Shown here: piece after piece, positions 1 through 7,411 of the stretch | Layout of the letters: each line of letters starts with the position of its first letter | Position numbering within the stretch: position 1 is the stretch's first letter | NCBI RefSeq assembly: GCF_000008465.1 | Contig: NC_006512.1 | Span: forward strand, 2,520,001-2,552,000 | Source of the DNA: Idiomarina loihiensis L2TR | Lineage (GTDB): Bacteria; Pseudomonadota; Gammaproteobacteria; Enterobacterales; Alteromonadaceae | Length of the DNA: 32,000 nt | Reading direction: 5' to 3' | Notes under the pieces: generated by a model | Told to the model about the DNA's origin: nothing | The model's database searches: none | What the model saw: the letters and a program-made list of their open reading frames with translations, nothing else | Program-made: the position numbers and the translations under genes

Positions 1-456
1 GTACCTTACATGGTACTAGAACGCAAACGCATATGGCTGGTTTCGACTGTCGCTTTAGCGGGTTTTTTGGCCGGGGCTATTGTCGGTTACTACATTGGCT
101 TTGCCTTATTTGATACCGCTGGAGAATGGTTCATCAACTACCTGTCCATTCAGGATTACTATAAAGATTTCCAGGACACTCTGAGTGAAGACGGTTTTAT
201 TGCTATTTTTCTGGTGGGCGTTACTCCCGTTCCTTTCCAGGTAGCCATGCTGGCCGCAGGTGCTGGTGATTATCCGCTTTGGCTGTTTATGCTAGCGGCT
301 GGTGCCGCAAGAGCTTTACGTTATTATGTATTAGCGCTTATCGTTTTATGGTTAGGGCCTTATACTGAACGCTTATGGGGTAAATACGCAGGTCTCGTCG
401 GTTGGTCCATTCTCATCGTCGCGGGAACTATGTTATTACTAATGCAGTTTTTGTAA
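1..456 (+). CDS. DedA/YqaA-type (VTT/SNARE-associated domain) inner-membrane protein, probably truncated at its 5' end by the window edge
   Basis: The frame is open from base 1 (gta cct tac before the ATG at 10). The product is a multi-TM protein. The C-terminal block 'FLVGVTPVPFQVAMLAAGAG...AARALRYYVLA' resembles the conserved C-terminal half of YqaA/DedA proteins. The expected N-terminal TM segment is missing, so the true start is likely upstream of the window. Confidence 0.55.
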   Translation, partial: VPYMVLERKRIWLVSTVALAGFLAGAIVGYYIGFALFDTAGEWFINYLSIQDYYKDFQDTLSEDGFIAIFLVGVTPVPFQVAMLAAGAGDYPLWLFMLAAGAARALRYYVLALIVLWLGPYTERLWGKYAGLVGWSILIVAGTMLLLMQFL

Positions 457-471
457 GTATTTAAGGTACCA

Positions 472-1518
472 ATGTTCCTACTCATTGTTTTTGCTGTTAT
501 TGCCATTGGCGTTTCATTTATTTGTTCGGTTTTAGAAGCCGCTATTTTGTCGGTTACGCCAAGCTATATAGCCCAGCTAAAAGAGTCCCGGCCTAAAACC
601 CATCAACAGTTGCGCAAGCTAAAAGATTCTATTGATAAACCGCTGGCAGCTATTCTGACGCTTAATACCATAGCTCATACAGCAGGTGCCGCAGGGGTTG
701 GAGCACAAGTTGGGGTCGTCTTTGGTGACGGTTATCTGGGAGTAGCTTCAGCAATTATGACGCTGCTTATTCTGGTACTATCGGAAATAATTCCGAAAAC
801 CATAGGCGCTAAATTCTGGCGTGGGATAGCTCCAATTCTCCCTCCAGTACTGAATTTTTTAATTTTATCACTTAAGCCGTTTATCTGGCTTTCAGATCAA
901 ATCACAAAACGCATTGGCAGCGGAGAAGCGGACATTGACGTTCGCTCCGAAATTAAGGCCATGGCGACTATTGGACACGAAGAAAAAGCGTTAGATGACG
1001 ACGAACGTCGGGTCATTCTGAACATTCTCGACTTACATGAAATTCGGGTACGTCAGGTCATGACTCCAAGAACAGTATGTGAATCCATTCGACCAGATTT
1101 AAGCATGCCGGAAGTCGGCGAAAGAATTAGAAAGCTGCCTTTTTCCCGATACCCGGTCATTGATACCGACGAGGAGCCACAAGGTATTGTTTTTCGTAGT
1201 GATATCCTTGATGCTGAGGAATCAGACTCGCTGAAAGACATTGTACGACCGGTTGAGATCGTCACAGAAACCGTCAGTGTCGAGGCTCTAATGAGCCACC
1301 TGCTTAAAGAACGTCAACATATGGCTTTAGTTTATGACGAACACGGCAGCTGGCTAGGACTCATTACTCTGGAAGATATTATCGAAACCATACTGGGCAC
1401 CCCCATTATGGATGAAACCGATAACATAGCGAGTTTACGACGTTACGCCCGTCAACGCTGGGACAAACGGCTCAAGCGCGACCCAAAGCAGGCGCAAAGC
1501 CAGCAAGGTAATGATTAA
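472..1518 (+). CDS. CNNM/DUF21 plus tandem CBS domain membrane protein (CorC/TlyC-like, putative divalent-cation transporter)
   Basis: 348-aa ORF. The N-terminus is a DUF21-type 4-TM block ('MFLLIVFAVIAIGVSFICSVLEAAILSV', 'SEIIPKTIG'). A CBS pair follows ('VRQVMTPRT...', 'HMALVYDEHGSWLGLITLEDIIETI'). There is no C-terminal CorC_HlyC domain. It starts 15 nt after the upstream gene. Confidence 0.8.
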   Translation: MFLLIVFAVIAIGVSFICSVLEAAILSVTPSYIAQLKESRPKTHQQLRKLKDSIDKPLAAILTLNTIAHTAGAAGVGAQVGVVFGDGYLGVASAIMTLLILVLSEIIPKTIGAKFWRGIAPILPPVLNFLILSLKPFIWLSDQITKRIGSGEADIDVRSEIKAMATIGHEEKALDDDERRVILNILDLHEIRVRQVMTPRTVCESIRPDLSMPEVGERIRKLPFSRYPVIDTDEEPQGIVFRSDILDAEESDSLKDIVRPVEIVTETVSVEALMSHLLKERQHMALVYDEHGSWLGLITLEDIIETILGTPIMDETDNIASLRRYARQRWDKRLKRDPKQAQSQQGND

Positions 1519-2193
1519 GCGAAAGAGTTGGTCAAAACGCTGGTCGGTAATTTTCTTCAGCCAGTGCAGACCAATCCATGTGCCGGCAAAACCCGCCGCT
1601 ATCATAGCCAAGACCAGCGGTAACCAGTCCTGAAAAACAAACCCAGCTATACCGAACACCAGCGCTTTAGGCGCGTGCTGCATGGTCATTACTGCGGAGA
1701 ACGTCGCGACGGTTTGCATTCGCTGGCTAAACCGGGCTTTTACAAAAGCGGCAACCAGTGGTCCTGAAGCACCAACAAAAAGAGAAATAAAGCCGGTAAC
1801 CAAACCGCCGCCGACCAGGCCGGCACGCCCGCGGAAACTCTGTGGCAATTTAGGCCCCCAGGTTAACCAGATTAAAAATAGTGCGATGGTAATTTGCAGA
1901 AAATGTGTCGGAAGCTGAACCAATAATAAACTGCCGATAAAAGTGCCTAACAAACCAAAGGGCACAAACCAGGCAACGGTTGGCCAATGGATGTGCTTCC
2001 AGGACAATCCGGTTCGTCCAATATTAGAACCCATTTGCACTAGTCCATGTACCGGAATAACCGCACTGCCGGGCAGCACTAATGCCATTACGCCGATGAG
2101 TACAGCGCCCCCACCGGCGCCTGCCACGGCTGTCAATAACGAGGTTGCGGCCGATAACAATACCAGGCCATAAAACAAGGCTTCGTTAATCAT
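1435..2193 (-). CDS. TauE/SafE (DUF81) family sulfite/anion exporter-like membrane protein
   Basis: 252-aa polytopic ORF with the glycine-rich TM signature 'AVAGAGGGAVLIGVMALVL' and an internally duplicated 4-TM architecture typical of TauE/SafE. Its 3' end overlaps the convergent CNNM gene by 84 nt. Confidence 0.8.
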   Translation of the reverse strand: MINEALFYGLVLLSAATSLLTAVAGAGGGAVLIGVMALVLPGSAVIPVHGLVQMGSNIGRTGLSWKHIHWPTVAWFVPFGLLGTFIGSLLLVQLPTHFLQITIALFLIWLTWGPKLPQSFRGRAGLVGGGLVTGFISLFVGASGPLVAAFVKARFSQRMQTVATFSAVMTMQHAPKALVFGIAGFVFQDWLPLVLAMIAAGFAGTWIGLHWLKKITDQRFDQLFRLIITLLALRLLWVALEPFVPALTGVTS

Positions 2194-2338
2194 GCTTTCT
2201 TACTGCTCCCTGAGTCCCTGATTTGCGCTGATCGGGATCAAAACGGTATAATCCGCGCGATTTTTACGCGAATTGCTAACGCGATTTAAATGAAGGCTCC
2301 GGATTTACGTTCCGGACCGCTGAAAAAGGTAACATGAT

Positions 2339-3262
2339 ATGTATATTTGTGCGGCATTGTATAAATTTGTTGAGCTAAATGATTATAAAGAGCTCCGCGA
2401 ACCTCTGTATCAGACGCTTATTGCAAACGATGTAAAAGGCACTTTGTTGTTAGCCCGTGAGGGTATTAATGGCACCATTTGCGGTACCCGAGAAGCCATT
2501 GACAACGTTTTGAATTACTTACGTTCCGACGAACGTTTTGCTGACATTGAGCACAAAGAATCCCCTAGTGACGAGCAAGCGTTTTATCGCACCAAGGTAA
2601 AACTGAAAAAAGAAATTGTCACCCTGGGTGTTGACTGGGTTGACCCCAAAAGCTCGGTCGGTACTTACGTAGACCCGGAAAAATGGAACGACCTGATAGC
2701 CGACCCGGAAGTGCTGGTTATTGATACCCGCAACGAATATGAATACGCCGTAGGAACCTTTGAAGGCGCCATTAACCCTAAGACCGATACCTTCCGTGAA
2801 TTTCCGGAGTACGTGAAGCAACATCTGGATCCGGAAAAACATAAGAAAGTTGCTATGTTCTGCACCGGTGGTATCCGCTGCGAAAAGTCGACCGCTTATT
2901 TAAAAGAGCAGGGCTTTGATGAGGTTTACCATCTAAAAGGCGGAATTCTTAAATATCTGGAAATGATGCCGGAAGACAACAGTCGCTGGAATGGTGAGTG
3001 CTTCGTTTTTGACCAACGCGTTACCGTTAAGCACGGTCTGGAGCAGGGTGAATACGACCAGTGTTATGCCTGCCGCATGCCCATTACTGCTGAAGAAATG
3101 CAGTCAGAACATTACCAGAAAGGTGTCAGCTGCCCGCATTGCTATGACAAGACCTCAACCGAGCAAAAAGAGCGATTTGCCGAACGTGAGCGTCAAATTC
3201 AATTAGCTAAAGCCCGCGGTGAAAAACATATCCGCGACGGTAAACTTGAAAGCCTGAGTTGA
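2339..3262 (+). CDS. trhO: Rhodanese-domain tRNA uridine(34) hydroxylase TrhO (YceA/UPF0176 family)
   Basis: 307 aa. The N-terminus is UPF0176-like ('[18 protein letters not shown]...[11 protein letters not shown]'). It has a rhodanese active-site loop '[11 protein letters not shown]' and a C-terminal Cys-rich motif 'CYACRMP...CPHCYD'. Confidence 0.85.
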
Positions 3263-3302
3263 TTTAACTCACAGCGCCCCCATACTCCCTATGTAAGCAT
3301 AA

Positions 3303-3331
3303 GCTGACAGTTATCGAGTTTAACTGTCAGC
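3303..3331 (+). terminator. Perfect 11-bp inverted repeat downstream of trhO (hairpin, possibly a terminator or an operator upstream of dps)
   Basis: 'gctgacagtta' (3303-3313) pairs with 'taactgtcagc' (3321-3331) around a 7-nt loop. It lies 41 nt after the trhO stop. The tail 'gttatcgatttt' is only weakly U-rich, so terminator function is uncertain. Confidence 0.35.
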
Positions 3332-3407
3332 GTTATCGATTTTCATCGCTTTCTTTAACCCTATGATTCAACTATGGTTAAGGCATAACGATGATAAAGG
3401 AGGGTTT

Positions 3408-3884
3408 ATGAAACAGTTAAGCGTTATTGGTTTAGACCAGAAAAAAGCAGAACAACTTGGTGACAAGCTCAATGAGTTGCTTTCAAATTACCAAGTTTTT
3501 TATATGAATGTTCGTGGTTTTCACTGGAACATTAAAGGTGAGCGTTTTTTTGAACTGCACGCTAAATTCGAAGAAACCTACGACGATTTGCTGCTGAAAA
3601 TTGATGAAATTGCAGAGCGTATTTTAACCTTAGGTCAGCGCCCTCAGCATGCTTACTCGACTTACATCAAGAACAGCGAAATTGAAGAAGTTAAAGACGT
3701 ACATGACGGTCGTGCCTGTGTAGCTAATATTCTGGATAGCTATCAGACAACCATTCGCCTACAGCGTGAAATTCTTGAAATTTCTGATGAAGCAGGCGAT
3801 GAAGGAACCAACGCATTGATGAGTGACTACATCAAAGAGCAGGAAAAAACAGCCTGGATGCTGACGTCTTACATGGGCAATTAA
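3408..3884 (+). CDS. dps: Dps family DNA-protection-during-starvation / ferritin-like protein
   Basis: 'MKQLSVIGLDQKKAEQLGDKLNELLSNYQVFYMNVRGFHWNIKGERFFELHAKFEE' is a typical Dps ferroxidase-centre region. I chose the ATG at 3408 because an AGGAGG sits 6-7 nt upstream (3396-3401). The ORF-track start at 3363 adds 15 non-conserved residues. Confidence 0.9.
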   Translation: MKQLSVIGLDQKKAEQLGDKLNELLSNYQVFYMNVRGFHWNIKGERFFELHAKFEETYDDLLLKIDEIAERILTLGQRPQHAYSTYIKNSEIEEVKDVHDGRACVANILDSYQTTIRLQREILEISDEAGDEGTNALMSDYIKEQEKTAWMLTSYMGN

Positions 3885-3922
3885 TTGTCCCAGCTTAACT
3901 TTCTCGGAAATTAACAACAAAA

Positions 3923-3951
3923 ACGCCCCGATCATTTGGGGCGTCTTTTTA
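3923..3951 (+). terminator. Rho-independent terminator of dps, apparently bidirectional
   Basis: Stem 'acgcccc' (3923-3929) pairs with 'ggggcgt' (3938-3944) around an 8-nt loop. 'ctttttat' follows on the + strand. An A-run precedes the stem, giving 'ttttgttgtt' on the - strand. Confidence 0.8.
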
Positions 3952-4170
3952 TGCCAAAATCGTCAAAAATACTTCTGCTAGAAAATTAATAGAAGCCGCA
4001 CTCATTTTTAAAGCTTTCCCCAATTCGGTCGCCTCAGCATTCAGCATTCTCTCAACCATAGCTCAGCCTTGCTTTTGTTATTTTAAACGCGACCAGCTTT
4101 TTAACAACTACAGCCATTTCATTGGCTTGGGAATATACCAGATGATATAAATCAATATTTGTAAGGAAAC

Positions 4171-4198
4171 TTGCGGATCTGACAGAGTGCTTTATATT
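4171..4198 (+). promoter_or_regulatory. Candidate sigma70 promoter for the DUF3185 gene
   Basis: TTGCGG (4171-4176), a 16-nt spacer, then TATATT (4193-4198), 32 nt upstream of the ATG at 4231. This is a motif match only. Confidence 0.3.
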
Positions 4199-4230
4199 GA
4201 TAGTTGTAAACACAACAAAAGGAAGACTTT

Positions 4231-4428
4231 ATGACTCGTATCGTAGGTATTGTTCTATTAGTTGTTGGCGCTATTTTATTGTATTTCTCATATGAGGCCT
4301 CACAATCAATTGCCTCTAGCGTATCAGAAATGGCGACAAATGAGCCAACTGACAACACCATTTGGTATTTAATTGGTGGTGTTGCCGCAGTCATTGTTGG
4401 TCTTTACGCGGTTATTCGCGGAAAATAA
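4231..4428 (+). CDS. DUF3185 family small two-TM membrane protein
   Basis: 65 aa with two hydrophobic helices ('IVGIVLLVVGAILLYF', 'WYLIGGVAAVIVGLYAVI') flanking a short polar loop, as in DUF3185. The SD 'aaaggaag' ends 6 nt before the ATG. Confidence 0.75.
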   Translation: MTRIVGIVLLVVGAILLYFSYEASQSIASSVSEMATNEPTDNTIWYLIGGVAAVIVGLYAVIRGK

Positions 4429-4442
4429 CCTGGTAAACCTGG

Positions 4443-5768
4443 TTAGCCAGACGTGTCGCCTGATACGTCTGGCAATCTTAAGGCTGTAAGAGTAGCAAGT
4501 ACGCCAATAGCTCCCAGTACCCATAAAACAGCGGCAACGCCATAAGCAGCATCGACCCACCCCAGTAATAAGCCAGCTAAAAGCACTACCCCCATCACGG
4601 TATTAGACACCGCCGTAAGTTGCGCCCGGTTATCCTGCGTTGCCATATCAACCAGGTAGGTTTTTCTGCCTACTCGTGCTCCATGATGCGCAACCGCCGA
4701 ACTGAATAAAAGTAATGCTGCAACCCACTGCGCGCCCAACGCCTCAGGTATCCAGTAGTAAAGCGCCAACGCAGCCGATATTACCAGAGTCGACATAACG
4801 GAAGCTGCCGCCATCACATGGTGACTGGCAGAATCCGACCAACGACCCCAAAAACGCCCAGCCAATAATCCGGCGAGTCCACTCGCTAGCATTAAACTGC
4901 CCAGACTAGTCAGTTCAGACTCACCTTCGCGCTGAATTAAAACCACAATATAAGGAATAGCAAAAGCGGCAGCGACCAGTAACGCCCGCGAAATAACGAA
5001 GTGTCCAAACTGACGATCCTGCCATAGCAAAGACATTGATTTGAGCGCCTCGGTAAGCGCGTTACCGCCACCCTCGGTTGCACCCGCAACCTCAGGAATG
5101 CCCGCATAAAGTAAAGCCGCGGCAAACCAGAGCACAACACCGGCACCGAGTAGTCCAACAAATAATGAGCGCTGACCTTCCATATCCGGTGCAAATATAA
5201 TAACCAGTGCGGTTAACAGCGTGAGTAACCCGGCGGCGGAGGCTGCGACGCCGGACATTCGTCCACGGCGCGTTTTAGATACCGTTTTACCGGTCACATC
5301 CTTATTCGCCACAGAACAAATGCCCCGTGACAAGCTAAATATTGCCAGTAAAACAACTACAGACCAGCCCAGTGCAGATTCATCTAAAGTTGCTACCGCA
5401 AACAACATAGCCAGCAACGAGACTGCCTGACCGACACTGCCCGCAACCCAGAACCATTTGCGTACCGGCTGCTCACGGAGCTTTTGAGCAACAAAGAGTT
5501 GAGGTAATAAAGCCAGAGATTCCCTTAAAGGCACTAAAGCGCTAATAAACACCGCCGGAGCGCCAAGCGAACTCAACATCCACGGCAATACAAGGCGCGC
5601 GCTGACTAAGCTGTCACCCAGTTTTGTCAGAGTTAACGACAACAACATCAAAACGAATGAACGCGGTTGCTCGTTACAGGCAGACTCAGGAATATCTTTA
5701 CAAACGCGAGCATCTTCGTCTTCAGCTAAGTAGCCGTAAACGCGTTCAGTCAGTTTTTTATCAGTCAT
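4443..5768 (-). CDS. MFS transporter of unknown substrate (about 12 TM), with a roughly 40-aa cytoplasmic N-terminal extension
   Basis: 441-aa polytopic ORF with MFS-like loop motifs ('LREQPVRKWFWVAGS', 'SKTRRGRMSG'). It starts 15 nt after the ThiK-like gene on the same strand, with no intervening hairpin. Confidence 0.8.
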   Translation of the reverse strand: MTDKKLTERVYGYLAEDEDARVCKDIPESACNEQPRSFVLMLLSLTLTKLGDSLVSARLVLPWMLSSLGAPAVFISALVPLRESLALLPQLFVAQKLREQPVRKWFWVAGSVGQAVSLLAMLFAVATLDESALGWSVVVLLAIFSLSRGICSVANKDVTGKTVSKTRRGRMSGVAASAAGLLTLLTALVIIFAPDMEGQRSLFVGLLGAGVVLWFAAALLYAGIPEVAGATEGGGNALTEALKSMSLLWQDRQFGHFVISRALLVAAAFAIPYIVVLIQREGESELTSLGSLMLASGLAGLLAGRFWGRWSDSASHHVMAAASVMSTLVISAALALYYWIPEALGAQWVAALLLFSSAVAHHGARVGRKTYLVDMATQDNRAQLTAVSNTVMGVVLLAGLLLGWVDAAYGVAAVLWVLGAIGVLATLTALRLPDVSGDTSG

Positions 5769-5783
5769 GGCAAAGTGTTCACT

Positions 5784-6527
5784 TTAAGAAAGGTGTCGAA
5801 ATAGATGCTGCCATACTTTATTCAACCATTCCACAAACTCACACCATTGCGCTAAACGCTGCCGATCAATTTGATAATGGGCTATTTTTTCGTACTCTGT
5901 TATTAAGCGAACCGAGGCTTGGTCACTGAGTTCATTCACGACAATTGCACTGGCAATATCAAACAAGGGGTGGCCAATACCCGCGTACTCCCAGTCAATA
6001 ATCCGGATAGGATCGGCCATTAAAATATGATTCATAGATAAATCGTTGTGGCATAACACCGGATAACTGAGCCAGTCCTCTAACAAGGGTTGCATGGGTA
6101 CCAATTTCTGGCTCATTTGAGCAGCAACCGCCGAATTGACCGAACGCAACTGCTGCAAATAATGCTCGACCCGCTCAGACATAGACCAGGCCGGAATATC
6201 AACTCGTGTATTGTGGATTTTCGACAGCGTTTCAGCCAGTACAGTGGCTTTAATCAAAGGCGACAGCGTAACTTGCTGTAAAGACGGAGCCTGGTAGTAA
6301 GGCTGTAAAAACCAGCCTTGCTTAGCATCGTAAGCTAAAACTTCGGGGGCAAGAGCCTGTTGCGCCAGCTCTTTTTGTATAGATACTTCCAGCTCACGGT
6401 CAACCGCGAATACCTGTTCATAGCGCCAGCGTTTTAACACATAATCTTCTGTATCTGTTCGCAGTCGCAACGTCTGATTAGACTGCCCGGAAGCAAGCAG
6501 TTGTATTTCGCAGGGCCGGCCAATCAC
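5784..6527 (-). CDS. thiK: APH/choline-kinase-fold phosphotransferase, ThiK-like putative thiamine kinase
   Basis: 247 aa. The Brenner/APH catalytic region 'LCHNDLSMNHIL...IRIIDWEYAGIGHPLFDIA' closely matches E. coli ThiK 'LIDWEYAGDGDIALELA'. The GTG start overlaps the pnuC-like stop (GTGA). The gene lies in a TPP-riboswitch operon. Confidence 0.65.
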   Translation of the reverse strand: MIGRPCEIQLLASGQSNQTLRLRTDTEDYVLKRWRYEQVFAVDRELEVSIQKELAQQALAPEVLAYDAKQGWFLQPYYQAPSLQQVTLSPLIKATVLAETLSKIHNTRVDIPAWSMSERVEHYLQQLRSVNSAVAAQMSQKLVPMQPLLEDWLSYPVLCHNDLSMNHILMADPIRIIDWEYAGIGHPLFDIASAIVVNELSDQASVRLITEYEKIAHYQIDRQRLAQWCEFVEWLNKVWQHLFRHLS

Positions 6528-7150
6528 CCGGCTTCACTCGCAGATTTCAGCGAAATGTCATGGCGCCAGCGCCACATGGCATAAATCACCAGTATCAGAT
6601 AAACCACGAACAACAAGGCGGTGGCGACAAAGCCTTTGCTGGCGTACAAATAAACGTAAACACTGTCGATAACCAGCCAGTACCACCAGGTTTCATACGC
6701 TTTTTTGGTAACCAGCCAGGTGGCCAGCAAACTGAATATTGTGGTGTAAGTATCGAGCCATACTGCGTCTGCGTCGGTATAAACCGAGAGTAAATAAGCA
6801 ATGCCTGCAGCCAGAGGAACCAACCACGCCCATTGCAGCAGGTGCCAACGAAACGGGTATTTCGCGCCATCAGGACTCTCCTTTGCTGCGCTTTGCTGAC
6901 GCTGCCATTGCCACCAACCATAGCCTGCCAACGCAATGTAGATTGTTTGCAGCAAAGACTCCATATACAACTTACCTTGCCAGAACAAGACAGCGTATAT
7001 AGTACAGCTGACCGCCGCCGCAGCCCAGCACCACTGGCGCTGATGTGCCGCCAGAACTAAATACCCCAAAGCCATGACTAAAGCCGTCAGCTCCCAGGGG
7101 GAACTGACCATCAACTGCTCAAGCCAGGATTCGAGCAAAGACTCAGGCAT
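6524..7150 (-). CDS. pnuT: PnuC-family (nicotinamide riboside transporter-like) channel, likely the thiamine-specific PnuT type
   Basis: 208 aa with about 7 TM segments and Trp-rich PnuC motifs ('GYGWWQW', 'WWYWLVIDSVYVYLY', 'AMWRW'). Its start overlaps the upstream gene stop by 8 nt (ATGCCTGA). Substrate is assigned from riboswitch context only. Confidence 0.8.
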   Translation of the reverse strand: MPESLLESWLEQLMVSSPWELTALVMALGYLVLAAHQRQWCWAAAAVSCTIYAVLFWQGKLYMESLLQTIYIALAGYGWWQWQRQQSAAKESPDGAKYPFRWHLLQWAWLVPLAAGIAYLLSVYTDADAVWLDTYTTIFSLLATWLVTKKAYETWWYWLVIDSVYVYLYASKGFVATALLFVVYLILVIYAMWRWRHDISLKSASEAG

Positions 7151-7400
7151 TATCCGGCCTTAAATCTTTGTTAATAAACTTACAAACCAGAACATTCGAA
7201 GGCACATTCTGGAAAAGCAGCTCCATTTCTTCACCGAGAATACGCATAACATCCTGCATTTCACCAAACACCTGCGTACTCATAGTGTTGGTCAGAACCG
7301 TTAGTTCTGAATGCTGATTTAAACGCTCAATAAAATCTTTAATGGTATCCAGGTAATTTTCAGCCAGTGGATACAGCGACATTTCTACTGAAACTTGCAT
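7143..7400 (-). CDS. YkoF/MTH1187-family (ACT-fold) thiamine-binding protein, single-repeat form
   Basis: 85 aa with no signal peptide. 'VSVEMSLYPLAENYLDTIKDFIERL' fits the beta-alpha-beta start of the MTH1187/YkoF family. It begins 11 nt after the TonB-dependent receptor stop. Confidence 0.6.
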   Translation of the reverse strand: MQVSVEMSLYPLAENYLDTIKDFIERLNQHSELTVLTNTMSTQVFGEMQDVMRILGEEMELLFQNVPSNVLVCKFINKDLRPDNA

Positions 7401-7411
7401 ATTAAGCTCCC

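Noticed and set aside
3363-3407. The upstream ATG that extends Dps by 15 residues.
   Set aside because: An AGGAGG lies inside this extension and is correctly spaced for the ATG at 3408. The extra residues are not Dps-like.
4058-4068. A tRNA D-arm-like string 'atagctcagcc' in the dps/DUF3185 intergenic region.
   Set aside because: There is no matching D-stem closure, anticodon arm, T-loop (GTTCRANNC) or acceptor pairing nearby. It is not a tRNA or a recognisable tRNA fragment.
4152-4394. An 80-aa minus-strand ORF overlapping the DUF3185 gene.
   Set aside because: The + strand ORF has an SD, a two-TM architecture and a family resemblance. The minus-strand ORF has none of these.
4427-4443. A tandem 'aacctggt' repeated twice between the convergent DUF3185 and MFS genes.
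   Set aside because: It has only two 8-nt copies in a 14-nt spacer that includes both stop codons. It is too short to be a repeat element or a terminator.
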